Shown: positions 1-12,500 of the stretch, piece after piece
Layout of the letters: each line of letters begins with the position of its first letter
How positions within the stretch are numbered: the stretch's first letter is position 1
DNA from: Octopus vulgaris
Lineage: Eukaryota
DNA: 64,000 bases
Assembly (NCBI GenBank): GCA_951406725.2
Contig: OX597833.1
Span: forward strand, 8,432,001-8,496,000
Reading direction: 5' to 3'
Notes under the pieces: generated by a model
What the model was told of the DNA's origin: nothing
Database searches by the model: none
Seen by the model: only the letters and a program-made list of their open reading frames with translations
Translations under genes and position numbers: made by a program

Positions 1-108
1 CCACCTCGACCTCTCATGCCTCTGCCCCTACCACGATAACGTTCTGACACTCCAAAAGTTTCTGCATTAAGTTTCCGTTCTTCTCGCCAACTTGTTCTAT
101 TTACACGA
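1..108 (-). CDS. LSM14: LSM14 exon 8 (TFG box + RG repeats), truncated by the window edge
   Basis: TTTCCCAG|; [36 protein letters not shown]. Confidence 0.92.
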
Positions 109-3100
109 CTGGGAAAGAAAAAAAACCTTGCTTAATAATTAAAATCAGCTTCAAATTCCATAACTGTCTTCATAATTTGCACAAATTCGCATTTTATGTA
201 GTTTTAAAACAAGATTGAACCAATTCACAATCTGAGAGAAATTAGTTCCAAACGTTTGTCGATATTCTAATACTTTAATTTTTAATTGCAAGGCTGTTTT
301 TTTAAATTCAGAAAATAAGTTACAAATATAAAAATTTAAATTTCAAATGGAAAAGTGCCCCATGATAATTTTTTTGATATCAAATGCAAATATTTACAAA
401 AATATTGCAGTTCTAAATCCTATTTTTTTAAAAATGAAAATCCAGAAAATTAAACAGGCAGGGACCAAGTTGGTGCTGAAAATAATTCTTTGTGTTGACT
501 TTCAAAAATGAACATCTCACCTGGCACAACGTTAACTCTTTAGCATTTAGGCCAGCCATATCCAGCCCAAATAGTTTACCTGTTCTATGCTCAAATTGTC
601 AAAATCCAGACTCCTACACCTACCCAACAATGTCCTAAAAACACAATTGCATCAAAATCCTAAAGTTAAATCAATGTGAACATCAAATTTGACAGAGTAA
701 TCCGAATGAGAAAGGGTTCAAGGCCTACATTTAGAAATTATTAAAAGTAGATCATTTCTAAACAATGAGTGAAGACAAAGGTTCAGTTTAATGTTGAAAA
801 TTAGGAAGTTCATATTGGAAGGAAAATATCTGCAGGATTTTCAAAAGGATTTAAAAATCTAATTCTATTCAGAAGACAAAAATTAGGAAGTCGCGTAACT
901 TCCATAACTGGTTCCAATACTAAGAATATATTCAAATATCAAAATTTATTCAATCATCGTATTTATTGGATTTGGGCAAAATTCATGTCCAACTGACAAA
1001 CATTAACACCACCCTGATAAACAAATTTTATCACAAAAACATTTCAAAGTATATCATAAATAGTCTTAATCTTTAGTTGTATTCCATAGTTAAGCAATTT
1101 TTTTTTTACTAAAATCTCTAAATTTAAAAATGTAGTTACAAAGCTCACAATTTCTAATTAAAACAGCTAACCCTAAAGCAAACAACTTCAAATTTTAGTA
1201 CAAGAACTGCCAAAGATTAAACAGAATAATTCCTGCAATTGTAGACTATATTGGCGAACAGTAAAACGGAAGATCATTATGATGTAAAGTGGAAAATCTC
1301 ACCCATGTTCACGCTCAGTTGCCTCACAGCTGATGTTATCAAAGAAAGATTTGGTTTTATCATAGTACACCGTTTCTTCATCCTTCTTCACATCTTTCTT
1401 TGGAACTTCTGGTTCCTCTTCAGTTTCTGGTTTTTCTCCATTCACAATAGGAGTGGGATTCTTTTCATCTGAAAAGATTTCAAAGTTAAAAGACAAACTC
1501 AGTCAGGGCAGCAAAAGCACAACATTTGGGGTGATAGGGATGTGGCAATTCAATCAGGCAGATTCAGTAATTTAATTTCATAAAAGACAAAACACCCAAG
1601 AACAAGTCAATGTGCCTAAAAATATCCCAAGTTTAAATTATCCTTCAAGGGCTGAACAGTTTGACAAGGCAGGGCTGTGCCAAATGCCAGTATCAGCTTT
1701 GGCACAGTTTCTATGGCTGGGTGCCCTTCCTAAAGCCAATCAGTTAAATGGAAGGTGAACATAAGTGGTTCTGAGGATTGGACAGAGTGGGTAAGACAAG
1801 TTCATACTTAAATTACTGTTACTCCAACAACAATAATAACCCACCCCTATTACAAAAGAAAAAAACCCCAGCAATAATCCTACTTACTCAGTGTTAACTT
1901 CTTCAGCTCCTTCTCCACTTCTTCAAATTCAGCGTTGGCACTCTCAAAATCATAGTCATTCTCAAATTTGAGAGGTTCTGAAGGTTGTCTGGAGTTCCCT
2001 CTGCCTCTTGGCATACCTCGAGACATTCCTCGGGGTCGGCCTCTTGGAACCCCTACCAAAATACATTAAGTACATCAGAATATTTCAAAGACAAAGAACA
2101 AAGGAGAAAAAAGGGGATTAGAGAATGAGAGCAGCAACATACCTCTACCCCCTCGTCCACGAGTGAATGTTGTAGTCCGGTTCCCTTGCTGATCTTTCTG
2201 ATTATTGTAGCGTTTGTCTCGACGATCCGTGGGAGACATCTGCTGATGCTGATGTTGATGTTGATGTTGATGTTGATGCTGCTGCATCTTGTCATCCACA
2301 TTGATCTGAGTTCCTTGATCAGTTGTTGGGGATTTGCGCCCAACAGGTGGGGTAGGACCACGAGAAACTATAAGAGAAGAATTTCAAACTCAAGCAACCA
2401 TTCAAGCCAGGAACTTTTGCAAAAGCCAAAAGTTGGATTAGATATTAAGATTCAAAAAATGTAAGAAAAATTTTTAAATGGTTAATATTTGAATATTAGT
2501 ATGCATGTTATATGTAAACTAAGATTTAAGAAAAAATTTTTTTAATTAGTCAACCATTTTAGTACGTCAGGTTAAAAATTTAAGAAATCCATAATGAAAG
2601 GGACAATGGTTAGAAGTTACAAAAAAAAACCAACAGAATCTGGTAGAACTGGCATTTCCCATGGTCGTTCACCTGTGTGTCACCTGCACACTGATTAGAA
2701 GTTAGGTAAGATTAGTGATGTGAGATTCTGAATGCTTCAAATTACCAGATTTCCTAATTTGCTGGGGATCTACTTGAATGCCTTGGTCCCGAGTTGTATG
2801 ACGGGCATAACTGCGAATAAAGGAACCTGACAAACGCCAACATTCAGGTTCAAATCCAATTGGGGTTTCAAAAACAATATCAAGAAAAATTCAGTAAAAT
2901 CAAAATGTTAAAATTTAGCAAGATAGGAGAAAAAGTTTGAAAATAAATGGAATTTAAATATTTAGCTGATTAGAAAATCGTACAATTAACTAATTATAAA
3001 AGAATCAGTGAAAGATGCAAATCTAAAGAGTAATGGGGGAAACTCTTCAAAGTACGAAGTGGGTCAGCTCAATGGAAACTGCTCCAAGAAAGACTTTTGC

Positions 3101-5989
3101 AGGTCTTAATTGCTGCACTGGGAAACCAGCATAAAACCTATCAAGAGAATCAGTAATTTAAAAGCAATTTCAAAAGTTTGATTAGGATAGCTTCCAGCTA
3201 ATTAGAACGGCAAAAGAAATTAGTTGCTACACCTTAGGTTATGTTATAAGGCCCGCTTTTTTAAAACAGCAGTTGTTGATATTCCTCCAGTAAGCTAAGC
3301 GTATAATGAAAGACATTCACAATAGGTGTTACCTGGAAGAGAAAATTGGCTAGAACCATGATAGGAATGCTGGCCACCAGAATGAAGATACTGACCGCCA
3401 TAAAGCTGAGCTCCTCCAAAAGGTTGATAAGATTGACCGCTGTAAGTGTGCTGAGGCTGCTGCTGCTGTTGCTGCTGCTGCTGTTGTTGTTGAGGATAAG
3501 ACGAAGTGGTGGTCACTGGCTGGGATGACTGGGAAGAGAAAGATTTCGAGGTTACTGTATCGTCAATTGAAATAATATAGGAATTAAAAAGGGTGACGCG
3601 GTAAGACGACTGCCTACCTTCACAATAGCAGGGTCTTGCGGTAGTCCTTGCAAAGGCTGTGGCTTGGGAGGTTGACAGACATGGATGTCTTTAATGTCAC
3701 TACCTCTGAATATTATATATTCAAAAACTTCATCTCTTGGGGCAACAGGACGGTCGGTAGGACGATCTTCAGTACCAAAAGATCTTACTGTTTAAAAAAA
3801 AAAAAAAAAAATGTTTAAAAATTAAAATCTTAAAAATGAAACGGAGAAAACATCTTTACATTTAACCGCCATAAAATGTGAACATTTAAAAGCTTTTCGG
3901 GACAGGTGCCAACTAAATACGTGTGTATATTATAGACATAAAAGTTCATTTAAAAGCAAAGGCAGGCGTTTAATGTAATACTAAAAGAGTCTAACGAAAT
4001 TATTTTTATGAATTAAAAGCGCAGGAAAAAGAGTTATTTGAGGAGGAACGAAGAGGAGATTTTCACAAAGTAAATAAGTTGAACATTTTAAGCGACCTGG
4101 AACGTTCTGAATGCCATATTATTACCTGGCAAATAAAATACCTGCAAATTGTCGGCTAAATTAGCGAGACACAATCTTGGTCGGAGCTTGATTTAAAAAG
4201 CAATATAAAAATGGCGGGGGAATTAAAAAGAGAATTATTAGGAAATTCGAGGAAAACGAAAGACTTTAGCAGCTTTTGGAAAGCTTGGCTGGGACACGAG
4301 TTACTATTATGCATTGGTCAATGAATATAGAACCAGCATACGTGGACAATCAGACACAGCAAATGGACAGCGAGAGAGAAAGAGATACAGACGGGAGGAA
4401 GTTGAGAGGACATAAAAACAACTCGTTTTTTAGTTATATTTTATTTCCAGCATTTTTGGGGTTTTTTGTTAAAGAAATGGAAATTCTAGAAGAGAAGTGC
4501 AAAGTACGAAACATTGTCTTGGTAAAGTGAAATAGCTCAATTAAGCTTAGTCATGGCTGAAAGCAAAGAGAAAAAGCTGAAATAATAATAAAAATAATAA
4601 TAAATAGTCGGATGACATGTCAACGTTTTTATCAATAGAAGATGTCAACAAGAGGGAAAGAACGAGGACACTTTCACTATGTGAATGGCGGGTTTGTTGC
4701 TGGCAATAAAGACACAAATACACTTTTATTTGAATGACTAAAACCTCAGTTTTTGCTGTTTTATAAAGAATTGCCTTTTAAATATAATTAGACATTTATA
4801 TAACAAGTTTCTCATTCAGGTTAAACGAGGGAAGCGAGAAAAAAACAGAAATTGCGAGGTTTTTCTCAGTTTTAAAAAAGTTCGCTACATTTTGACAGAA
4901 GCTGAAGAAATTAAATGGAACTGGCTTTTAAAAGAAAAACTATTTTTAAAAAGGGTGGAACTGAAAATAGGACAGTTTGGTCGAAGAGTTTATTGACAAA
5001 TGTTCAAAAACTAAGAATATCCAGCATTTCGAGTGAAGGTATTTTACTGGGGAAAGATTAAACCGAAAGCTGTTTTCGTCATTAGAAAAAACCGCGGGGA
5101 AACGAGGGGGTTTATTTTCAATATGAACCAGAGATGTGGGTCTACCTCGGTGAGGTGGAGGTTGACTCTTCTAACCATCAGACACACGTGTGTGTGTGGA
5201 GGGGAGTTCGCTTCTTACCCCCACATGCAATACATGGGAGTCAAATATTTCACAAGCACCACACACCCATGTGTTAATAACGTGGTAAAGTGGAAGAACA
5301 AGCACACACACATATATATACATACATACATATATATACACACACACATAAATATATAGAAGCGGGTAAAGCGGAGGAGCAAACACACACACATATACAT
5401 ACATATATATACACACATATATAAATATATAGAAGCGGGTAAAGTGGAGGAGCAAGCACACACACACACACATACATACATACACACATATATACACACA
5501 TATATACACATATATAGAAGCGGGTAGAGTGGAGGCGAAATGCCTGGCCACCTCGACACATGTATAACGCGGTAAAATGGAGGTTTAATTCCTGACTCCA
5601 CATAACGCGGGATGTTTAATTCGCTGGCCACCACCACACATGCAAAATGGGGAAATTGGAAGGTTAATTCGGCGAGACACATGGATAAGGCGGAAGTGAA
5701 GACAAACATAAATAACAAAGTAAAATTGTGAAAAAGGGGAAACCATTCCTCACGGCGCCAAAGAAATAAAGAGACCAGTCGGAGGGGATGGCCAGTATTT
5801 GGGTTGGATTCTTCAATGGGGGTTTGATAGTGAAGTGTAGAGTAAAGAAAGGAGTGTTGGGTTACCTTTGGCGAGAGCAACAGTGGATTCGTGGGGGTCG
5901 ATGGTGTAGAGAATGCCTTCATAACGTATCTCAGCCTTCGATATCAGGCTTATCTTGCTGCCCAGATACGGAATACCTCCTCCACTCAT
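1..5989 (-). CDS. LSM14: LSM14 / RAP55 / Trailer hitch homologue (P-body mRNA regulator), spliced; 3' end lies outside the window
   Basis: Exons 5989-5866, 3787-3618, 3528-3333, 2826-2746, 2367-2143, 2052-1888, 1468-1303, 108-<1 join in frame with GT-AG introns. LSm domain [31 protein letters not shown]...[37 protein letters not shown]; [17 protein letters not shown]; [18 protein letters not shown]; [16 protein letters not shown]; RG repeats. Confidence 0.96.
532..720. mobile_element. TTAA-type (piggyBac-like) MITE, degenerate
   Basis: TTAACTCTTTAGCATTT...AAAGGGTT; homologous to copies at 29265-29442 and 49745-49965. Confidence 0.5.
1303..1468 (-). CDS. LSM14: LSM14 exon 7 (FFD box)
   Basis: TTTTCAG|; ...[21 protein letters not shown]; donor GG|GTGAG. 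Confidence 0.93.
1888..2052 (-). CDS. LSM14: LSM14 exon 6 (RG repeats, FDF motif)
   Basis: [55 protein letters not shown]; donor A|GTAAGT. Confidence 0.92.
2143..2367 (-). CDS. LSM14: LSM14 exon 5 (RKSP motif, QH repeat, RGRGG)
   Basis: TCTTCTCTTATAG|; [34 protein letters not shown]...FTRGRGGR; donor G|GTATGT. Confidence 0.88.
2746..2826 (-). CDS. LSM14: LSM14 putative 81-nt symmetric (phase 1-1) exon 4, possibly alternative
   Basis: TTTGTCAG| ... G|GTAATT; open frame [27 protein letters not shown]; resembles the start of exon 5. Confidence 0.6.
3333..3528 (-). CDS. LSM14: LSM14 exon 3 (poly-Q, S/Y/G/Q low-complexity)
   Basis: acceptor TTCTCTTCCCAG|; [13 protein letters not shown](n)[15 protein letters not shown]...FSLP; donor G|GTAAC. 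Confidence 0.85.
3618..3787 (-). CDS. LSM14: LSM14 exon 2 (LSm domain C-half)
   Basis: poly-T acceptor CAG|; [57 protein letters not shown]; donor AAG|GTAGG. Confidence 0.95.
5284..5540. repeat. Composite minisatellite in LSM14 intron 1 (73-85 bp units)
   Basis: Core GGTAAAG(T/C)GGAGGAGCAA at 5284, 5365, 5438, 5523, separated by CA/TA microsatellite. Confidence 0.85.
5866..5989 (-). CDS. LSM14: LSM14 coding exon 1 (LSm domain N-half)
   Basis: ATG at 5989; [41 protein letters not shown]; donor G|GTAAC, phase 1. Confidence 0.95.
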
Positions 5990-6287
5990 GGTTCTCTCAC
6001 GGTTCGCTTTCGCAGTTTTCTCCAACAAAATTTAGTCTGCCTGTCCGTTGAGCCCAACGCTATTAAAAGAGGGTGGTCGTGGGTCCAGTGGTGTTGCGGT
6101 TCGAGAGAGAGAGAGCTCAAAGCAGTCGACTTTCTTCTCCCCAAACTAAAATATCTCTCAAGATGGCGACAATGTAACACTGTACTCTCCGCAAGGTGGC
6201 GCTCGATGTCTTTTATACACAAATCTCAGGGTTCAACCGGGTCACTGCGCATGCGCTCTTTAGTCGTCCATCGACGAAGCAAACGAA
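5990..6287. promoter_or_regulatory. Compact bidirectional promoter and 5'UTRs shared by LSM14 and TAF4
   Basis: 298 bp between divergent ATGs; CpG-rich; YY1-like CAAGATGGCGAC 6159-6170, CTCF-like CCGCAAGGTGGCGCT 6189-6203, NRF1-like TGCGCATGCGC 6246-6256, second YY1-like AAATGGCGGCC over the TAF4 ATG. Confidence 0.8.
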
Positions 6288-7874
6288 ATGGCGGCCACCA
6301 ACTCAATCGAGGAATTGTTGTCGTCTGAGGTGGACGAGAACGAAGTAAGTGCCTTAGTTGGGAGCCTAGAGTCGAGGCTGGCCTCGCCTACCCACAAGGA
6401 GTCGTCGCAGGATGTATCGGACAGTGTAGTTGTTCCCATTACTGCTCCTGCGACGACGGACCGTGTTGGGAGCAACGGGAATTCTGGTGCTACTAGCAAT
6501 AGCAATGTTGGTGGAAGTGGTGCCACGAAAAGCACTGGAAATACAACTGGTATCGGAGCGACTGGCACCAATCACATCAACAACACTGCTACATCGTGTG
6601 TCGGAGCAAACCTGGGAATCGGTCCTGCCACGGCCCCCACCGTCGTGACTGTGGCAGCGTCATCGCAACCCGCTTCGTCCACCGTCAGTGCCCCATTCGC
6701 ATCTATCCAGGCTGTCAGTCAAGGACAGAAGGGCATCCCCTTGGTAACAGCAGGCGGACCCCAAATGAACAAAAACACAGCACCAATTTCCAAAGCACCT
6801 ATGGATACCCAAATTATCGGCATCAGTTCCATCCTAAGTCCTACAAACGCGACAGTAACGGGCACTGGAGCCGGTGGTGTAGTTGGCACTGGGTCACCTG
6901 CTTGTGGAGCTACTACCGTACCAGGAGCAAGTGGTGTCTCTCTACTGAATGTTAACACTCCAAATACTGTGCAAATCCCAACCAACAGCGGCAAAATCGG
7001 AAATACACAGACAATTCGAATCATTACTCAAACATCGTCGGTTGCAAACACCAACAACTCGAACCCAAATGTTCCCTATGTACATCCAATTGCGAGGCCA
7101 CTGGGACCAACTCAACCACAACCTGTCCAGCATCAAGTTGTAACGACAGACAGTAATGGAGCGGCAACAGCTGTGCAGAAAAACACTGCTACCTCCGGCG
7201 TGGTCACCAACCAAACGAACCAAACAACAAACAGTGCTATTTATAATCTGGCTACAATTGCCGCCGAACGGAAACCTCTGATGGTCCCACATATGACTGT
7301 CCAACAGACTAAGTCAATGCAAACTGCTAATCGAATGACTGTCCGCGAGCAGATTGACCAGAGGCAGGACAAAACTGGAGGACAGAAGATTACAACTACC
7401 ACCACCACGACTCCACCAGTCACTTCAACACCAATTATGAAACCCGATCAAAGTACTGGCCACTTTGTTATTAAGGATACAACACGTAATATCACCACAG
7501 CATCACCTAAAACAGAGATAACCTGTTCTAGGGACACGATGGCCCGTGTCACCTCGTCTGTTGTCACCTCAACACAGCAGAACCTACAGAACGTACACAT
7601 AGTGAAGGGTTTGTCTCAACAAGTCAACCCTAATGTCATCACAGTTTCACGAACCCAACCTCAAGTCAGCATGGTTCAACCTCAAATACTCACCAATAAT
7701 GCCACCCAAATGAGAATTGTAACTCTGAACAATCAGAATATCCACACATCTCGAGCTCTAACCGTAAATGCTGGAAGTCTTGGCAAAACGACCAACAACC
7801 GTGTAGGGGCGGTTCGTATAAATACTTCACAACCATCACAACAGATCAACATCGCCCCACGACCAGGAGGAACG
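6288..7874 (+). CDS. TAF4: TAF4 exon 1 (529 codons)
   Basis: [33 protein letters not shown]...IAPRPGGT; donor ACG|GTAAAG. Confidence 0.9.
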
Positions 7875-8501
7875 GTAAAGTACCATTTGTTTACTTGTTG
7901 CTCTCTTTATCGCCCTCCCCACCTCATCTTTCGCTCCTCTCCTTCTTCTCTTTGAAGATTTATTATTGTTCAGATTATTGCTATTCCTTGTTCCATTACA
8001 CACACACACACACACATATATATACAGATACGCGTATACACACAGTAATTGCCACTGTTCCTTGTTCCTTTACACACACACACCAATGCCATTATCAAAA
8101 CAGGACCCAGAACATCTCCTCCCCCTAATATCCCCGACTCACATCACTTCCACTCGATCTGCTCCAATCTTTATCTTTTCAAACATTCAAATATTCCACC
8201 CAGCCTCAGATGTTATTCAAGAAATTTTTTCACATATTCGCGGGATCGATTTTACACTTATCTTCATCACCATCATCATCATCATTATCGATATTGTTAT
8301 GACTACTGATCGACAACCTCTCATCTCTGAAAGATTCTTATTTGCTATTTGTGAAAGATGCTGAAGTATTTTGACAGAGTGAATCCAAGTTTTAAGTTTA
8401 GCCTGACATTAAAGTCCGAAAGTGTGACTGCCAGAAAACAGGTTAAACAACATCAAAATACTACAGCAAACACTTATTTCACTACATCAGTTCGTATTTC
8501 A

Positions 8502-8545
<44 letters not shown>

Positions 8546-9487
8546 TCACTCTCACAGCTATGTGTGTGTGTGTGTATTTCTGTGTGTTCTAAATGTAGCA
8601 GGTGCTCCCCCAACATGCCATATGTATACACACACACACACAACTGATTTCTTCAACCACTACACCACAACACTTACATTATTCTCACCCATCCACACTC
8701 GGGTTTCTAAGGTTTATTATATCATCGTCCTATTTACTCCAACAACGAAAGTTTGTCTTTGTTTTCCGTTGTTGTTGTTTTCGTTTCTTCTCCTTCTTAA
8801 TTAGAAAAGAAAATTCAATTAAGGAAGACCTAAGTTGGAAGTTGGTAAAGTGGTTATGATTGGTGATTGTGGTAATTTTGATTGGGATGGTGCATTCTCT
8901 CTCGACACCTAACGAGAAAACAGTTACTATTGGCAAGTGTGACGTGTGAAACATGAGTGTGTGTGTGTGTATACACACACATATATGTATATATATATAT
9001 ATTCATATATATGTATGTATATATATATATATAGCATGCAGCGAACTGGGACCGAGCCAAATAGGAAGACTCTATATGGCTTGTTTAATTTACTAGAAGC
9101 AGCAGCCGAATCTATCTTGATTACGGAAAGGGCACATTAGATAATGCAGTCTTACGTATTACGGAAGGAACGGGATGCTCATGGATGGAATGTCTTTGAT
9201 CATTGGTCTGCTGGATCGAGTCTGACCTGGGGCTAAAAACAACAATAATTCAATTAGATCGGTTGTGTTTATGTCTATAGAAACTGGGGTTTCGTTTGCT
9301 TATCAAATATATTAATGTAGTTTATTTTCCGTCAACAATTTTTATCGTTAATATTTAAACATGGAATTGGAATATAATTTTGTAATAATACACATTGATT
9401 GCTTATTTTTCAGTTTAATGTTTGTTTTCGTGTTTCCCCCTCTCACTCTGTGTGTGTGTTTATATATATATATATGTATATATATAC

Positions 9488-9530
<43 letters not shown>

Positions 9531-12500
9531 CATATATATGTGTGTGTGTGTGTGTATATATAACGCCACCGCCATCCCTTCTACATATTGTAGCAGAACT
9601 TTGTTTGATCTTTCACTCTGACCTGTTTCTTAATTAGTAAATGTGTGTCTGTGCAGTGTTTTGATGAAAACCCTTCATTAAAACGAAACGAAAGGCTAAA
9701 AGTAGGCAACGGAGCTGTGCTAATTTTTAATAATAGGAGCTCGGTTATACTTTGGGAAGAAAAGGGATCTAAAGAAGAAGAAAAAAGACACTTGTGGCCG
9801 AACGGTTAAACATATCGATTACATTTCCTCATTCTCAATTTCAACAACGATCGCAGATCACTTTGTTGTTTTATTATTATTTTCCCCCATTTTTTCGGTT
9901 TCCTCCTCCAATCTCTCCATTTTCAAACTCGTTTCTTCCTCTTGTTTTCAATTTGAAAATGAAACATTTTCGTTTTTATAGATATATGTATTTTCCTTCT
10001 TTGTTTACCTGAGAGGAAATGTTGCTATTGATTAGCTCCAGGTAAATCGTGACTGAACCAAACTAGCGGACGGCTTAGGCAATAAGTTCGTTAGAATGAT
10101 GACTTAGAATATTGCTGTGATAAGGAGAGGATCTCTTTATCAACATCTTCGTCTTTTTACTAATCTATAAATAACTCTGTGAACTGTTACGATGTCAATT
10201 ATGAAAACACCTGTCTTTGACCAGCCCCAGATAACCATTCCGATTCAATACTCTGCTCTCCTATATCAGATCCTTCTGAAATAGGTTCCTGGTTAGGATT
10301 CAAACTGAACATTAAACACGCTCCACACACACACACTTCTGAAACTGCAGGTTTTCAGGTCTTTGAGGAACTAAGATGACTACCAGTTTTGTAATCCACC
10401 TCCAGACTTAGATAACAAGTGTACCTTTACATGGTTGCTTACCTGCTAAATGCAATAACTAGGTTACCCACATTACACCTTACATTGAATAGTACTATTC
10501 CCGGTGACTCCTAAAAGGAATAGGTTGTTACAGGTTAAATATTTTTGATCATTAGTCTGCTCAAACAGGGCTGACCTGGGGCTAAATACATTTTTAATTA
10601 TTTACTAGTATCTTATAGACAAATGGTCTTCAAGGTGTATGCCCCTTGTACACTGACAGTACCCAAAGATTACTTCTAAAATTGGCATATTTACAGCATT
10701 AATCTTTAATATTCTTGGAATATTGATGTAATGATGTTCCAATGATTTTAATTTTGGCAACAAGATTACCTGGGTTAGCATCTCACTCGTTTTGTTTACT
10801 AAAACTGTCAGCGCCCAAAATTGGCAGTTTGGTGCCATATTACAGGCGATGATAGGTTTAAATCTTTGCCAATCTTTATCATTATGTCTGTAGGAAAAAA
10901 GGATCATTGGGCTTTTTCTGTTTTGTTTTTTTTTTGCTAAAATATAAAGGAGGCAGTGCAGTAGCAAAGTATTGGCCATAAAACACCAAAATTTCTTTGT
11001 AGTCTCTCAACTAGCTAGAAATAGCAGCCAAGTTTCCCCCAAATCTGGTGAGTTACCAACTGACTGCAGGATTGATTGGTAGTGTGACAGACTTTTATCT
11101 ACAGGATCAGGGGTTCATAGCTCATCACCAACGATCAGCTTGTCCCTAAAATTGAAAACGGCTCTGTCTTGCTAGCTGTATATAGGGTACCACATACGAA
11201 TGTGCTGCAAGCAGCAAGAATACTGTAAACTTCACAGAATGGAGTTCAATTTCCCAAGCGGTTAAGGCTTTAGCAATGAATTCTTCAGCAGTGACCCGAT
11301 GGTTTAATGGGTTCTGGCACTGACCATTCCTAAGTCAGCTAAATACTGGACCTTACATGCCTTTCATTAACAACTTTAATCCTTTCTACTGCAGGCCCAA
11401 AGCCTGAAATTTTAAGGGACGGGACTACTCGATTACATTACTCCCAGTGTTCAACTGGTACTTATTTTATTGACCCCAAAAAGGATGAAAGGCAATGTCA
11501 ACCTTGGTGGAATTTGAACTCAAAACGTGAAGACAGGCAGAATACTTCTAAAAAAATAAACCAGTTAATAACTCTATGGAATTAAATCTATCTTTCTGGT
11601 GTGTGTGTGTATTTGTTTGTGTAACATCTGTTTCTCCATGCTAGTGTAGGTTAGATGGGGACAGTATTTGAAGTAGGGTTCCTCTGTTACCCACCCTTAC
11701 CTGTTTTTATTAGTAAGGGATTTTGTAATTCCAGAGGAATTTGAAAGTGCAGAAATTGCGGATGACTTGTTGACAAGAAATGTCAACAAGTGTCACCCAT
11801 TGCTGCCCAGCTATCACTGGTGACATCATCAAGTGGAGTGCAGCTCACCACAGATTCATACATTCACACACACACACACACGGTTTCTATATACCAGATA
11901 CTCTCACAGGGCTTTGATTGTTACAGGGCGATAGTAAAACACACTTACCCAACGTGTTGTGCTGTGGAATTGAACTCAGAGCCACTTGATTGAAAATTGA
12001 ACCTCTTAACCACATAGCTAAGTGCACCCATGCTGGTGGCATGTAAAGAACACCTTTCGAGCGTTGGGCCTCATGGAGGTAATGACCAAGACCTTTGTCA
12101 TTCTGTTGTGCTTGAGAAGAAGACCCACCAAGCCAAACAAAATCACAGTCATGGCAGATACTGGTGTCACACAAATTGGCATCTGTGCTGGTGGCACATA
12201 AATGCACCCGTTACACTCTCGGAGTGGTTGGCATTAGGAAAGGCCTCCAGCCATAGAAAAACATGCCAAATACATACTGGAGTGTGATGCAGCCCTCCAG
12301 CATGGCAGCCGGGTCAAACCATCCAACCCATGCCAGCATGGGCAATGGATGATGATGATGATGATGATATATATATGTGTGTGTGTGTGACTGAAAATGG
12401 TACAAAACCAAAAAGACAGTTGAAGCAAATGAGAGAACAACAAACAAGGTTTGGCACTCAGGAAAAATGGAAGTCTTTGACATGCAAACATGGCTGTGTG

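Noticed and set aside
5284-5540. Repeat-spacer pattern as CRISPR
   Set aside because: Spacers are CA/TA microsatellite related to each other; intronic minisatellite.
7875-7955. C-terminal tail of the 555-aa ORF
   Set aside because: Read-through into intron 1 past the GTAAAG donor at 7875.
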